Notes: generated by a model not told the origin, from the letters alone. A stretch of 63,989 nt of DNA, filler included, from Basidiobolus ranarum (GCA_040143965.1; 6 parts of 6 records of this genome joined end to end with filler, not necessarily neighbours in it); one strand, 5' to 3'. Shown: positions 1 to 13,640, counted from the whole stretch's first letter. Made by a program: numbers and translations.

Positions 1-167
1 TTTCTAACCGAGCAAGTTGGAGAAATGAGGATTTTACGAATAAGAAATATGGAAAAGGTCATATACAGAATTACTCGTTGGGATGTAGTTGCAAGGTTTT
101 TAAAAAAGCAAACAAAATAAACTAAATTAGTCACTCTAGATGTTGGTATGGAAATATGGCTAGCTCT

Positions 168-1998
168 CTAGCTTAGGAGCGCCTGTGTACACTCTATAAC
201 TTTCTCTGGCAAGATCCCTTGTCCAACAAAATATTCTTGAAGATTCATATACAGATCCAATTGGTCATGAATCGACAGATTATTGATGACATCTTGTAGA
301 ATGTTAATGGAACTGCTTGCTACGCTCTAGAATTTCCACCAGTTAGGGAATATTCTCAAGAAAAAATCCAAACACTTCCGTTCACTAACCTTAATAAAGC
401 TTTGGTAGTAGATATAGGCGAAGAATCCCATAAGAAATTGGCAATCCATACGATCAGTAATTCCACCATGTCCTGGAATGGAATCTCCAAAGTCCTAAAA
501 TCCAATTCATTTCTATTTGAATACACAATACGCCAGATCGATTTAGCTTGTGTAACAAACCTTGATGTTAAACGCACGCTTCAACCCACTAGCAAAGAAG
601 CCACCAAATGGAGCAATCAAAGAAGCAAAGGAGGCCATCACAAAAGCATGCAACTGAAGGGGAGCGATATAGACATGACGAATCTCTGTACGGAACTAAA
701 TGGCGTCGTTAGAAATGAACTGAGAATACCACATAAAAGCCTAGAAAAGAGCAAATACCAAGTGATAGAGCAGACGGAACATCCATGGCTTGAGTTTATA
801 CTCGACGGGAATGAATGCTGGATTTAGCTCACATTCAGCACCACTGAATGCGCTGGTTGAGAGATTATCTGCAGGACAACACATATACTTGGATTTGATC
901 AAAATAATGGAAAACTACCAATAAGAAAGCAGAAAGAGATCAGTTAATGAACGATTCAAACATCAAAAACAGCACCCAATCCGATTACCATAAAAGCAAA
1001 GATAACTGTGGAGATCCAACCACCAATGAATCCTTCAACGGTTTTTTTAGGACTTAGCTTGATCAAAGGAGTACGGCCAAAGAAGAAGCCGAAAATATAT
1101 GCGAATATGTCATTACAGATGACCAACGCAACAGGAAGGAAAAACCAAATCATTCCCTCGAATATGTTGTTAATGATAAAGTGACTTTGGAAGCAAACAA
1201 GTAGGAGCGCCATATGTGTCCACGCAAATTGCTTGAATTGAAATTTGTAATGTCCTTTCTTGAGGTTGGTAACGAACCAAACAAATCCTAAAGAATAGTA
1301 TTTTAATCGATCTGTCGTGAAAAAGATTGGACCAAGCATTCTTACCAAAGCAATAAAGCATGAAAGAAATGAATCGATGATAGGTGGCAAGTGGTAACAG
1401 GAACGCATCAACTAGTACCGATTTCTTGAAGTAATAGATAATCGATTCTCCATAGAGGAAGTAATTCGTTGTCAATAGAGAATACCTATTAAGATTGATT
1501 CTTTTGTTAGCCTAATGTACTTTTGGATATAGTATATTCAACAAAGATACTTACCAGTATAAGGCACGGAACCAAGGAAGTTTTCTTTCTTTGTTTGGCT
1601 CATGGGACAGGCTGATGACTTCTTTGAACACAAGGTTTTGTAGTAGCATAACGAACATTACCACATACAAATGACCAGACGCGATAATCATGAAAAAACC
1701 TCCAATCATAATTAAAGTCCAAGTGGTTCTTACCCACCAGTTCTTCCATTTTTTCTCAACAGCTTGATCTGCTAACAAAACAGGCTCTTCTTCCTAAAGT
1801 TCAGGTTAATGATGAATATCCTTGTCATTCGTAACAAAAAATGGGATTTCTCTATTCTAAGGAAGTTTAGAAAAACGTGTATACCTCTTTCTTAGAGTTA
1901 CCATTAGTGTGTTTAGCATCACTTACTTCTGGGTTAGAAGAACCGTTTTCAGCGCGAAGATTTTCAGAACTTCTGTGATTCTTACGACGCTTTACCAT
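168..1998 (-). CDS. CDS1: Phosphatidate cytidylyltransferase (CDP-diacylglycerol synthase), multi-exon
   Basis: Spliced exons give [36 protein letters not shown] and [19 protein letters not shown] (CTP_transf_1 signature). ATG at 1998; last exon [11 protein letters not shown]...QALLS ends at TAG 168-170. Confidence 0.93.
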
Positions 1999-2467
1999 TC
2001 TTTAGGTGTTATACAAAAGTAAATCTCCTGGAGAGGGAAATGGTCAACCTCGAAAATCACGATAAATATAACACAAGCTAAATCAAATTTATCTTCACGG
2101 AGTGATCGGATATTAAGATCAATATGTTCCTCGCTTTTATCATATGAAATTTTTCATACGTAGCACCCAGATAAACATTAAAATGTACATTAGTTAACTC
2201 TACAAACTCCTGCCTAGTTTGAGGCATTTCCTTATTACTGAACATAGAAGTGTATGGACTATACGAAATCATGACGTTATATGAGCCAGCAAAAGGGCCG
2301 TTAATTCTAAGTTATTTAAATCTATAATATTTCTGAAACTAATATAGCATTTCGTTCAAATTAGGAAATTCTCTTGAAAAAAGATCCCAATATTAGAAAA
2401 AAAACTTTCCACTATAAATGGATTGCTACTAGCGTAACGAAACCAGTTGTTTGTTCTTGTTACAAAT

Positions 2468-4102
2468 ATGTCGGAGAACGTTGAAAAGGTCGCTGAACAG
2501 CTTGACAAAGTTATATTGGATGAGGAAGGTAAGCCCCTCTCCAAGAAGGCTTTAAAAAAACTCGAAAAAGAACAAGAGAAAGAGAAGAGAAAGCAGGAAA
2601 CTGCTGCCAGACTCGCTGCTGAGAAATCTGCCAGAGATGCCAACGCCACTGACTGTTCTAAGGGAAAGTATGGTAAATTACCTTTGAACCAATCCCAAGA
2701 AAGAACCTACCAACGTAGAGAGCGCATCGAAGACATCACAGCCGAACGTGCTGGTGAAACTATTCACTTTAGAGCTCGCGTCCAGACTGCTCGTGCAACC
2801 GGTTCCAAGCTTTGTTTCTATATGCTTAGACAGCGTAACTCCACCATTCAAGGTCTCGTTTCTGCCGATGATGAACAAATTAGCAAACAAATGGTCAAAT
2901 TTGCCACCTCCATACCTGCTGAATCCATCGTTTTAGTTGAAGCTAAAATTGTCAAGGCTGCCGAAGCTGTCAAGAGCTGCACTGTTCAAGATGTCGAACT
3001 TAGCATTCAACAATTATGGATCGTCAGCGAGGCTGTTGCCAGACTTCCATTCACCTTAGAAGATGCCTCTAGACCTGAAGAAATCTTTGCCAAGGAAGGA
3101 GCTCAATTCAGTCGTGTCAATCTTGATACCAGACTCGATAACCGTATTATTGATCTCCGTACCATCACCAATCAAGCCATTTTCCGCATTCAATCAGGTG
3201 TATGCCGACTTTTCCGTGAATTCTTGACTAAACAAGAGTTTGTCGAAATCCACACTCCTAAGATTATCAGTGCCGCCTCTGAGGGTGGAGCCAACGTATT
3301 CAAGGTCTCCTACTTCAAAGGAGAAGCCTTCCTTGCTCAATCTCCCCAGCTTTACAAGCAGATGTGCGTGTGTGGTGATTTCGAGAGAGTATTCGAGATT
3401 GGTTCCGTTTTCAGAGCTGAAAACTCCAACACTCATAGACACATGACTGAATTCATCGGTTTAGATTTGGAGATGGCATTTGAGGAGCATTACCATGAGG
3501 TCATGTACCTTATTGGTGACCTTTTCACTTACATTTTCGATGGTCTCAAGACTCAATACCGTGCTGAGATCGAAACCATCAGACGTCAATATCCATTTGA
3601 GGAGATCGAGTATCCCCCCAAGCCACTCAGACTTGAGTTCAAGGATGCCGTTGCTTTACTCCGTGAAAATGGTGTAGAAATGGGTGAATTTGAAGATCTT
3701 ACCACTGAGAACGAGCGTTTCCTCGGAAAGTTGGTCAAGGAGAAGTATGGCACCGACTTCTATATGTTGGACAAATTCCCATTGGCCGTTCGTCCATTCT
3801 ACACCATGCCTGATCCTTCCCGACCTGGATATTCCAACTCTTATGATTTCTTTATCCGTGGTGAAGAGATCATGTCTGGTGCCCAACGTATTCACGACCC
3901 TGAGTACCTTGAGGAAAGAGCCAGTGCCGCTGGTGTTGACCTCGATACCATCAGATCCTACATTGACTCATTCCGTCATGGAGCCTCCCCCCATGCTGGT
4001 GGTGGTGTCGGTATGGAGCGTGTTATTATGTTGTATCTCAACTTGGGTAACATTCGTAAATCATGCATGTTCCCTCGTGACCCCAAGCGTCTTGAGCCAT
4101 AA
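2468..4102 (+). CDS. DPS1: Cytoplasmic aspartyl-tRNA synthetase, intronless
   Basis: MSENVEKV start; OB-fold domain, [28 protein letters not shown] (motif 2), [11 protein letters not shown] (motif 3), [11 protein letters not shown]-terminus. Divergent from CDS1. Confidence 0.97.
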   Translation: MSENVEKVAEQLDKVILDEEGKPLSKKALKKLEKEQEKEKRKQETAARLAAEKSARDANATDCSKGKYGKLPLNQSQERTYQRRERIEDITAERAGETIHFRARVQTARATGSKLCFYMLRQRNSTIQGLVSADDEQISKQMVKFATSIPAESIVLVEAKIVKAAEAVKSCTVQDVELSIQQLWIVSEAVARLPFTLEDASRPEEIFAKEGAQFSRVNLDTRLDNRIIDLRTITNQAIFRIQSGVCRLFREFLTKQEFVEIHTPKIISAASEGGANVFKVSYFKGEAFLAQSPQLYKQMCVCGDFERVFEIGSVFRAENSNTHRHMTEFIGLDLEMAFEEHYHEVMYLIGDLFTYIFDGLKTQYRAEIETIRRQYPFEEIEYPPKPLRLEFKDAVALLRENGVEMGEFEDLTTENERFLGKLVKEKYGTDFYMLDKFPLAVRPFYTMPDPSRPGYSNSYDFFIRGEEIMSGAQRIHDPEYLEERASAAGVDLDTIRSYIDSFRHGASPHAGGGVGMERVIMLYLNLGNIRKSCMFPRDPKRLEP

Positions 4103-4633
4103 ATCCCCTCTGCCCTTACCTCTGTCCCTGTGTTATATAAATCAACGTTTTCTGATTTGTTATTTTGGAATTAATAAAAATGTTCATTATCAGAAAATTG
4201 GATTAACAATTCGTCATTTTGACATCATTCATGATTATCTGAGTAGAGTGAGCAAATGTATATGCTATATGTAGCTGCTACTTCATGAGTTGTAAACATT
4301 AGATCGATATTATCCGTTTTACCATACGAATTTTCGAGAAACATGGTGAATAGACGCGTTTCAGTGCACGTGATCTGTGAGGAGTAAGGTGACTGGAAAA
4401 TCTAGGGAATGAAAAAAAATTACACCCATATCTAGATGAGTAAGGGATCAAAGTAGCAGGTGTAAAAAGCTCGATAATTCGAAGTTTAAACATTGTGGTT
4501 CTTTCGATTTTTTTCTTCACCACTTAGTACCGTACATAACCGATTTTGATCGTAGCGCTATTATTTTACTTTCCTATATTTTAAATTAGTTTCCTTTTTC
4601 TTTTTCTATTACCCTTTGACTTGAAGAAACGAA

Positions 4634-5716
4634 ATGAGTACTCAATTATTTGTTGGTCGTTTACCCAGTGAAACTCGTTCCTCTGAACTTGAAGATATTT
4701 TTTACAAGTACGGAAAGATCGTTAGATGCGATGTTAAGGTAAGTTCATACCACTTACTTATCGAAACAATCAACTGAACTAATTTTGGGAAATATTCTTT
4801 TTGGTATTCAATAGAGAGGTACCACTCACTGTAAAGTATCCCTATAAAATATTTTTGTAACCTTAGACTTTGACATTAACACTTTATTTGTTTACAGGTT
4901 ATGGTTTTGTAGAATATGACGATAGACGCGATGCTGAAGATGCGCTTCGTGGATGTGATGGAATGCGTTTCAACGGTGCACGTATAGTAGTTGAATTCGC
5001 TAAAGGCGCTGTTCGTCGTTCTACCGAGAACGAATGCTTCCGCTGTGGACGCGAAGGTACACACAAGTTTTTTCTACTTATTTTTAAACACATTTTACTA
5101 AATTACCTTATCATATAGGACATTGGGCTCGTGATTGTCGCAATTCAAGAAGAGGTTCCAGAAGTCCTAGGTAAGTTATTCAAATTTAGTAAGCCATAAA
5201 GCTCCAAGTACTTAATATTTCAATTGTAGAAGAGGCAGCCGTTCTAGATCAAGATCACCTAGAAGAGATCGCAGACGTCCTCGTTCTGAATCTCGTTCCC
5301 GTTCAAGATCACCTCGTCGTAGCAGTAGAAGATCATCCAGACGTGGTGACTCTCGTTCCCCCAAGCGTGATGATTCCCGTTCTCGCTCCAACTCTCCCAA
5401 ACCTAGGGAGGATCGCTCTCGTTCCCGTACTCCTAGACGTGAAGAGAATTCCCGCTCTCGTAGTCGTTCACCTAAACGTTTAGACTCTCGTTCACCCTCA
5501 CCTAGACGTAATGGTGAACGCTCTCGCTCCCCCAAACGGGATTACTCCCGTTCACCATCACCCAAGCGTGACGAGGAACGCTCACGTAGCCGTAGCCGTA
5601 CTCAATCACCCAGACGTGATGTAGAACGTTCTCGTTCCCCTAGACCAGATGATCGTGAAGTTTCACCAGATGCTCGTCCCGCATCTCGTAGCCCATCTCG
5701 GTCACCTAGAGATTAG
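4634..5716 (+). CDS. SR splicing factor, RRM + CCHC zinc knuckle + RS domain (SRSF7/9G8/RSZ-like)
   Basis: Exons 4634-4738, micro-exon from 4815, 4898-5056, 5119-5170, 5230-5716. QLFVGRL (RNP2), GYGFVEY (RNP1), CFRCGREGHWARDC knuckle, long RS/SP repeats, TAG at 5714-5716. Confidence 0.9.
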
Positions 5717-6395
5717 TTAAGTCTATCTCAATCATTAATTTTCTTCACCAAAATTAAGCTATTGTATGATGGATAAAATTTAACATGAAAAGAAAAAGAA
5801 CCATTTTTAGGAAGCATCATCCTTCCGCATTTAACATCTTCTGCCAATGGATCACTTGGCCATTCGAGCTTCCCATACTCTACTCTCCTCTACTCTACTC
5901 TACACATAAACATCTACTACTAACACTTTCAATCAATCAATAGTTGATTTGAAGGAATCTTTTTATTTTGACTTTATGATTCAATATTTCTTAGGGTTAG
6001 CCCATTACTTTACCCTCTTTTCTTTTCTTTTTTTTATTTACATAGTTTCGCACCCCTCAGTTAGCATTTAGACGAGGATCTCTTGGTTATATATCTAGTG
6101 TATGCAGAAGGAAAGAGTTAAAGAATGTGAGGCATTTTCTCCTCGAATTTCTAAATTTATCAGTAAATAAAGTGTTTCTTCTTTTTTTCCCAACAAAATC
6201 CACAATGAATTCCCGAGAATGTTAGTTCTATATTATTTATTATTGAAAAAGGGACTATATATCTAAAAGAACAACTGTGAATGCCATATTTATATGGTTT
6301 AAATCAAAAAGAGAACGAAACGAAAGGGAGACAACATGATGTAATGTAATAATAGGCTTGGTAATATACATTGGATGTTCAATCTTTCCCTAGAA

Positions 6396-9300
6396 TTATT
6401 CGGTTTTGGGTTTTTTCGCGTACCTACCGGAGGCTTGGGCAGCCATACGTTTTTGTTCCAGTCCTTCTTTCTTGAAATACTCTCTTCTATCTCTCTTTTG
6501 ACGATCGTTGTATTTCTCCTCATCCTTGGCCACCTTCTTTTTGTGCACTTCTTTACGTTCAGCTTGTTTAATCTTACGCTTACGATCCTTATCCTTCTTG
6601 AGGGTTTGGATTTGTTGCATAAGTGAATAAATTCGCTTCTCATGTGGTTCAAGTACGACTGCTCTTCTTTGAAGTAGTCCAGGTCGTTTTTGTTTGGTCA
6701 ACTGCTTAGGTTTGGACGAGAATGGTAGTTCGGATTGTAATTGTCTAGGAACCTTGAGAGGATTGAATTTACGAGTTTCTCGGTGAATATCCTTATAATG
6801 TGAATCAGGATTCGATGGAGTGGCAACATTTTGAGCGTGTCTAATTTCCGCAACCAATCTCATTCCTTGCCAGGTCTTCTTGGAAGAAAGTAGAAGTGAA
6901 GTGACTGGATTGTAGAATTTACGTGGTTTGATTGGATACCAAGCACGTAAGAACACGATGTCACTCATCAACACCTTATCTTCAAAGGTGGCACGGAAAT
7001 GTCCATCAGGTTTGTTCAATGGCTTTTTAACTTGACCACGAATGCCAGACACTGTCCGTATATGAGCTCCTTCAAATTTGGCCACTTCGAGTCCAGATGT
7101 GAACATATCTTTGATGAAGGCGGAGTTCTTGTGCACCTTGTAAGGAACACCTGTCAACTTCAACTTCTTCACGATTTCTACCGAATGGTCAATATCAAGA
7201 ACCACTCCAGTTGCGCAGATTCGGAAGTTGGGTGTATTCTTTGAGACTGATTGAATACAACAGAAACCAGTATTGGGTGGAGTGATAGGTCCATAGAAAG
7301 TGGCAAGACAATGCATATGCTCTGGTGTATACTTCAACATTCTGTTGCGAGTACGATCATCCAAAGAGTAGACTGGCATGGACTGGAAACGTCTCCAACC
7401 AAGAGAAAAGATCAACGGATCGTTGGTCTTGAGAATCTTTCTATGCCAACGATGACGTTTGATACGTACCTGGATGTAACCAAAGTTCTCTTCATTCGAC
7501 AACAAACCACCAACAATGACTGGGTAAGCAGGATCGAAGTATTGTACGAACTCACATGGCATACTTTTGAAAACCATACGTACATAAGTACCTGCACGGA
7601 AACCTTCTACCTGAGCACGAGTCAAAGGATCGTCATCTTCAAACTCATCACGATTAAGTTGAAGTTGTTTGGCAATGGCTTCTTTAGCTTCATCATAGAA
7701 ATCACCCTTCTCCTCATCTTCATCACCATCATACTCCGCATTGAACTTCTTCTTTAGGTCTTCCTTCTTTTTGGCAATCGCTTCTCTCTCCAATTCCTGA
7801 GGTGTTTTTTCCTCCTCCTCAACCTCAGGTGCTTGTACAACCTCTCCAGTTTCCAAATCCTCAAAATCGCCATATACCTCTTCTTCAGCGGCAGGGTTTT
7901 GAGAGTCCTCCTCTTGATTCTCATCATCGAGGCTACCGGTAATGAATTTATTGCGAATTGAATCTAAAACATCATCATCGTCCCACTGATCAAGGTCATC
8001 TTCAGGGACAAGACTAGTTTTACAAGTATCAGTCAGTGCAGATTCACTAGATTTTGTTGAAGCCTTTCTGACGGTGAACAAATCATCGTCACTATTTTCC
8101 TGATCACTCTGGTTATCATCATCGCTGACTTCTCCATTGTAAATAAGTTCAGGATCTTTATCACCATAAACGAGTTGCATCAGGTTAGTTCTTCTCTTTT
8201 CGTAGAATGAGCTTCTGGCTTTTTCAACCAAGTCCGTTTTCCATCTTAGAGAACCGTCAAATTCATCAATATCTGAATCCTCCTCATGACTTAATTCTCC
8301 CAAGTCACTATCACTTTCAGCGAATGCTACCTCTTCCTCCTTATCATCATCAGAGTCGGGATGCTTCTTAGTCCCAGTGTAGTCCTTAACAGCAGCACGT
8401 CTACTTTGACCCTGATCGTCAGAGTCATATACCTCCTCATCATCCTCTTCTTCCTCATCGTCATCTTCGGCGTCATCCGAGTTATCTTCTTCGTCACCGT
8501 CACCAAACACGGCTCTTCTTCTAACTCTACCACTTTCATCTTCCTCCAACGATTCGGTAGGGCCATTGCTAGTTACAGCATCAGCCTTCAAAGGAGCAGA
8601 ATCTTTGAAGATTCGTAACTCACTCTGCTTCAATTGATCTTCCAAGGTATCTTCAGCATCCTGCATGTTCATCACCATCTTTTCTCCGGGACCTGATTCG
8701 ATCTCGACCTCTTCTTGCTCCTCACCATCTTCACCGACAGCGTACTGACTCTTTTTGGTGAAGTTTCCGGGGATATTAATATAGACAGCATCCTTATCAT
8801 ACATGATGCCACCCACATCTGACATGGGTGCATAAATAAGTTTTTGCTTCTCACTCAAACTCTTACGGACTTTCTCGGGTAATGGACAAGGATCAGTCAA
8901 GATATCAATCTCCTCCACAACATGATCACCAGAACCAGGTATATGAACCTTCATGCCAGGTTTAAAGTTTGTACCTCTAAGGTAACCATAAAGAGTAACA
9001 TCACGATCGATCTTTGGATTTTGACGAACTTCTTCAGGATCGGTAATATCTTCAATACGATCAGCCAACAAATATGGATGAGTATTTCTCCAAATTAAAG
9101 GACGGAATTTCATGACTGATATGAATCTTGATAAATTTAAGATCTCTGTATTTGGATATCTTCCATTGAGTACACCTGAAAGGTAAAATAATTTCGCTCC
9201 TTGATAAATTTCAGTCCAGAAACGATTCTTCAATCTTTTCTTGGTTTTACGTAATTTCTTGTTATCCCGAAATTTATCCAAGTGTGTTAATACACCCATG

Positions 9301-10102
9301 ATTTTAGGGAAACCATGGGCTTGAAGAACATTAAGGAATTCGAAAGTTTCCTAGATTTCATTCAGCCAGAGAGGTCATATAGATTAGGATAACGTTGCAT
9401 CAACTAACGTGCTAAATCACATACCATTTCAAAACCAAAGGATGCATCGATGAGAAGTAATACCAAATCTGCCACTTTAGCGACATCAATCATAGCATTC
9501 ATATCGTTTGTACATTCGATAAAAGTCAATCTACGTTTCTTTCCGGAGATCACGGTAATAGGTCCTTTGATTTCGGATAAGTTATGTTTGGTATATTTCT
9601 TAACCAGTGATTTGATCAATGTACTCTTTCCGGACTAAAGGGGAACTATTTAATATATGTTGTACAATAATGATATCAATTAATTTCACTCAAGTGAAAA
9701 ACTTACCCCAGGTGGTCCAACTATTGCAACTACCACGGGTGGTGCTTCAATTGGTGTACGATCAACTAAAGGTACGTGTAACTTCTTTTGGTCACGGTCA
9801 GCATTTCTACGAATAATTTTCTCCGCTTTACGGCCAGAAAAAGATGCGAAAGCCTAGAATGATAAATAAACCAAAAGAAATGAGTTTGATATGTATTTTA
9901 AACAACCAAATGGATCAGAGTGGACATGAGTGATGGTACAGATATGGGTATGTATAAATGAAATATTTGATAGGGGAATAGTGATATGAACATCATCGGG
10001 TCTTACTTTAGGGTTACTTTTTTCGTCACTTTGACGACGAGCCTTCTTAGATTTTGGACCGGCTTGACGTGCTCTATGAGATTTATTTTCACGTTGCTCC
10101 AT
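6396..10102 (-). CDS. BMS1: Ribosome biogenesis GTPase Bms1, multi-exon
   Basis: [17 protein letters not shown] start, P-loop exon (GPPG..GKST), [50 protein letters not shown]; 967-aa terminal exon. Confidence 0.96.
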
Positions 10103-10636
10103 ATTGATACTAACGTTTCAAGAGCGAACCGATAACATGTCTAATGAATGAATGATTTTTAGTATATACTAAGAAAATCAAGACTAAATTTTTTTTTCTT
10201 TTCTTGGTACAAATAATTTGAAAGTGAATAATTTCGAGTTAGGAAAAAAAAAACCTCCCTTTCATTATTTATCTATTTGGTTTAAAAATGATTTGGAAAT
10301 TTATTCATCTTTTTTATTTGTACTGGTGAATGAATGCTACGAAATTTGTATTTTAGCATTATGATAATAAACAGCACTCTTCACGTGATGTCAAGATATT
10401 CAATTATCAAGTAAACTAAACAACGATTTATTAACTCAACTATTACCACCGCAAAGGTTCCACCCTTTCGAACTTTACTCAATGGAAATATTAATTGTAC
10501 CATTAATGTTTATTGATGTGTATGCTTTCCTATGGTTGGTATAAAAGTCTACTATTTAAAGCATACCATATGTTAAGTATCTTGGATGATGAAAATTCAT
10601 ATCATCCATTGAAAGATCAATTTACGAATTAGCCAC

Positions 10637-10662
10637 AACCCTAACCCTAAATAGTACACGTG
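10637..10662. promoter_or_regulatory. Telobox (AACCCTAACCCTAA) plus CACGTG E-box in the BMS1 upstream/divergent promoter
   Basis: AACCCTAACCCTAA at 10637-10650 and CACGTG at 10657-10662; a second TCACGTGA at 10381-10388. Function is inferred. Confidence 0.45.
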
Positions 10663-10753
10663 ATCCAACAATAATCTGGAATTGTATGAAGAAAATAAAA
10701 ACTCTAACATAGGCGCAGAAACCCCCTCTTTCACCGCTTGATATACTTCCAAA

Positions 10754-10795
10754 ATGGGTGAGTGTTATTTGTATATCAATAAAGATGGATGAACC
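10754..10795 (+). CDS. Probable first micro-exon (ATG G) and intron start of a gene truncated by the contig end
   Basis: Pyrimidine-rich leader ccccctctttc, then AAA-ATG-G followed by a consensus donor GTGAGT (10758-10763). Layout typical of ribosomal-protein genes; product cannot be identified. Confidence 0.4.
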
Positions 10796-10895
10796 NNNNN
10801 NNNNNNNNNNNNNNNNNNNNNNNNNNNNNNNNNNNNNNNTTAATTAATTAANNNNNNNNNNNNNNNNNNNNNNNNNNNNNNNNNNNNNNNNNNNN
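10796..10895. other. Artificial contig linker
   Basis: N44-TTAATTAATTAA-N44, stops in all six frames. Confidence 0.99.
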
Positions 10896-12231
10896 GGAGT
10901 GTGACCAGAAGATCCTCCACTACGAATGTTTCTATTTCAAAATCTCCATGTTCATGCTGACGACGTGCTGAGATTGGATCCCAAGGTTCATTGGGGTCCC
11001 ACCATACACCCTGTCGGTCCACATTACCACGAACCCCTTTCAAGGTACAGTCTTTAACCAAGCTCTTACCTGGTACGCAAACATTAGCAAAATATCTTCA
11101 GAAGATGCATATACGAAAGAAATACCATCTAGCCAGCGCATGAATGACAAAGTGACTTCGATTTGTTCTACAGTAACATCAAACATTGTAAGGTTATTAT
11201 CCACCTCAACTTGGCATTCATCGTCATCTTCCTCGTCATGACGTAGCTGTCTACCGGCAGCGTCCTCTGGGATTGAATGAGATTGCTCCGACTCTTGCTT
11301 AGATTCGTTGGGAACTTTAGTAATGATAGGTCCTTGGGAGATACTAACATTACGAAAACTAATTCGTCCCTCTTTCCAGTTAGGTACGATTGCTGACTCG
11401 AAACGAACAGTCATTCCAGTTTGACTCGTCAAGTATTCACTGACACGGTAAGCAATAAACTCTGCCCAAAAACACAGTTAATATGAATGTGTGGGAAAGG
11501 AAGAGTGAGTATAATGTCTTACCTTGAACTTGCAGACTGTTAGCTAAAGCTAATACAACACTAACAAATGTGGTGGTCCCAACCGCAATAAATAACGTGT
11601 GACTAAGAAAAATCCACGAAAAGAGTGCAAAGATATCGTCTGCAGTCCATGGTCTTACTTGGCGCATCAGCGCATATTGAATGTGAATCTTTAAACGGGG
11701 GAGAAAGCCATTCGCCCTAGATAGCAGTTCCTTTTTGGTGGGTTTGATGGGTACAAGTTTGGTAGCATCTTTAGTCACGTTAGATAAAGTGTGTGTGAAG
11801 CGGCGTGAAATAGAGAGTAACTCTTGATAGTGTTGTACTTGGGAATAAGATGGACGAGTAGAGAAAGAAAAACTGGGCTTGGTTAACCTATACTGAGGAC
11901 CTTGGTGTTGAAAAAATTTCTGTACGTGCTTGTAAAAGAAATGGGTCAAGTTGCTCTTGATTATGGTACACTTAGCTCCACATTGCTTGCTAGCTGAAGA
12001 AGAAGCAGATGAAGTACTTCCGTTTACCATGGCTGCACCAACACTATTCACTGCCTCACCGCCACAGGAAAGTATAGGTGAATTATTGTAAGCAAATAAA
12101 CTTGGCCCGAGTCCTCGAGTAAGATACTGACGGGAAGTTACATTACTTCTGAGATAGCGATTAGGGAAAGGATAAACCAGGTGTTGTGGAAAAGAAGATC
12201 GAAATATACGAATATGATACATTAGCAACAT
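10896..12231 (-). CDS. MDM31: Mitochondrial distribution and morphology protein Mdm31/32, 3'-truncated by contig edge
   Basis: ELLSRANGFLPRLKIHIQYALMRQVRPWTADDIFALFSW, GTTTFVS, FESAIVPNWKEGRISFRNV, LKGVRGNVDR; basic N-terminal presequence. Start codon uncertain (12231 or 12222). Confidence 0.9.
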
Positions 12232-12741
12232 AACATGCTGGGCAAGAAATGGACTATATATGTGGCGTTGTGAACAGATATTTAAATAGAATAGGTACAA
12301 AGGGAGATATGAAGATGGTGGAGCCTCTATTGTATCTCTTGTCAATAGTTCGTTTTGAAAGAGAAAGTCATTTTAAAATCAAGAGATTTTCTGACTACAC
12401 ATCATGCAATTCAACAATTTGACTCGACAAAAAGTTTTGCGGAAATCGGGTAAGAAATCACCTCGGATTCACACTGATTTGTGTCAGCCTCATTCATCAC
12501 ATTCAATTACATGCATTGAGTGTTTAACAGTTTGCTTAGGTCAATATGTGAATGGATTTCTGTTTAAATCTATTGAGATGATCAGTTTTCTTGATCAGTA
12601 AATAGCAGATGTTACTGCAATTTCAAGCACTGTATGTTACTAGTAAATTCGACGAATCATTCCTTCTGATGAAGAGATATATCTTATAAAGGTTTATACT
12701 TAGATATTGTCTTTCTCTAAATATTATTATAATCTTTCACC

Positions 12742-13337
12742 ATGCTAAAGCCTAAAGTAGTTAGTCAAGTACTGCGTCAAGCAACCACCGGTGGTGTTGA
12801 AGCTACTCTGTAAGAAAGCGAAATTTACCTGCTTCAGCTCCCTTTTTATTAAATTCACTTTGTTTTGAATCGGCATTTTTTATCTCCTAGATTACTCAAC
12901 TCAGAAGGTTCTTTGCTAGCTTTTGCAGCAAACAGTGATAGAGAGGCTAAGGTTTACGCAGCCATCGCTTCTAATGTATGGTCTACGTACGAAAGATGCG
13001 GAAAAGCCATCTACGAAAACGAAGAGTTGAAGTTGATGCTTATCGAATGTGAGGTTAGTCGTATTCCAGTAAGACTCATTCTTGAACAATATTGTTGATA
13101 ATACCTTTATACTTCAGGAAGGAAAGGTTGCTATTACTACAGTAAGCAATATGGTGTTATGCTTGGTAGGTCAAGGGTCCATCGAGTTTGGTCTCCTACG
13201 TGCTAAAGTAAGCATCAATATATTGTTTAATATTTTAAGAATAATATTAGAATTTAACAAATATCTTGTTTTAGGCAAACGCACTAACCAAGCATCTTGA
13301 AGAGCCTTTGAAGCGTGTTAATTATCAGTCAGCTTAG
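12742..13337 (+). CDS. LAMTOR2: Ragulator subunit LAMTOR2 (roadblock domain), 4 exons
   Basis: MLKPKVVSQVLRQATTGGVEATL|LLNSEGSLLAF...AAIASNVWSTY...CE|EGKVAIT...FGLLRAK|ANALTKHLEEPLKRV; TAG at 13335-13337. Confidence 0.9.
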
Positions 13338-13640
13338 AATATTATCTAACCCTATATACCACATAAATCCCTTTGTATGTTCTTCCCACTGACTTCCCCT
13401 CTATTAAAAGTTACCAGAATCAAGTAACCTTTAGCTCGAATTCTTTTAGTAGCTCTTGCGTTGGATTTTCCATCTCCTACAAGTCATTGAAAATAGATTT
13501 GGAGCACATGTAAATTCTTTGTCTAAAATCCATTGAAATATTTATGAAGTGAATTTAATTGAATTTATTATGAGTGATGTTATTTGTTCAATGTAATGAA
13601 TGCGTTATGCTCAATGTCACTTTCAGCCGCTTAAAATTAA

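Noticed and set aside
9915-9996. Intronic C/D snoRNA in BMS1 intron 1 (ATGATGT ... CTGA, minus strand)
   Set aside because: Imperfect box C, only ~10 nt from the donor, no terminal stem and no rRNA-complementary guide that I could recognise; needs snoscan/Infernal.
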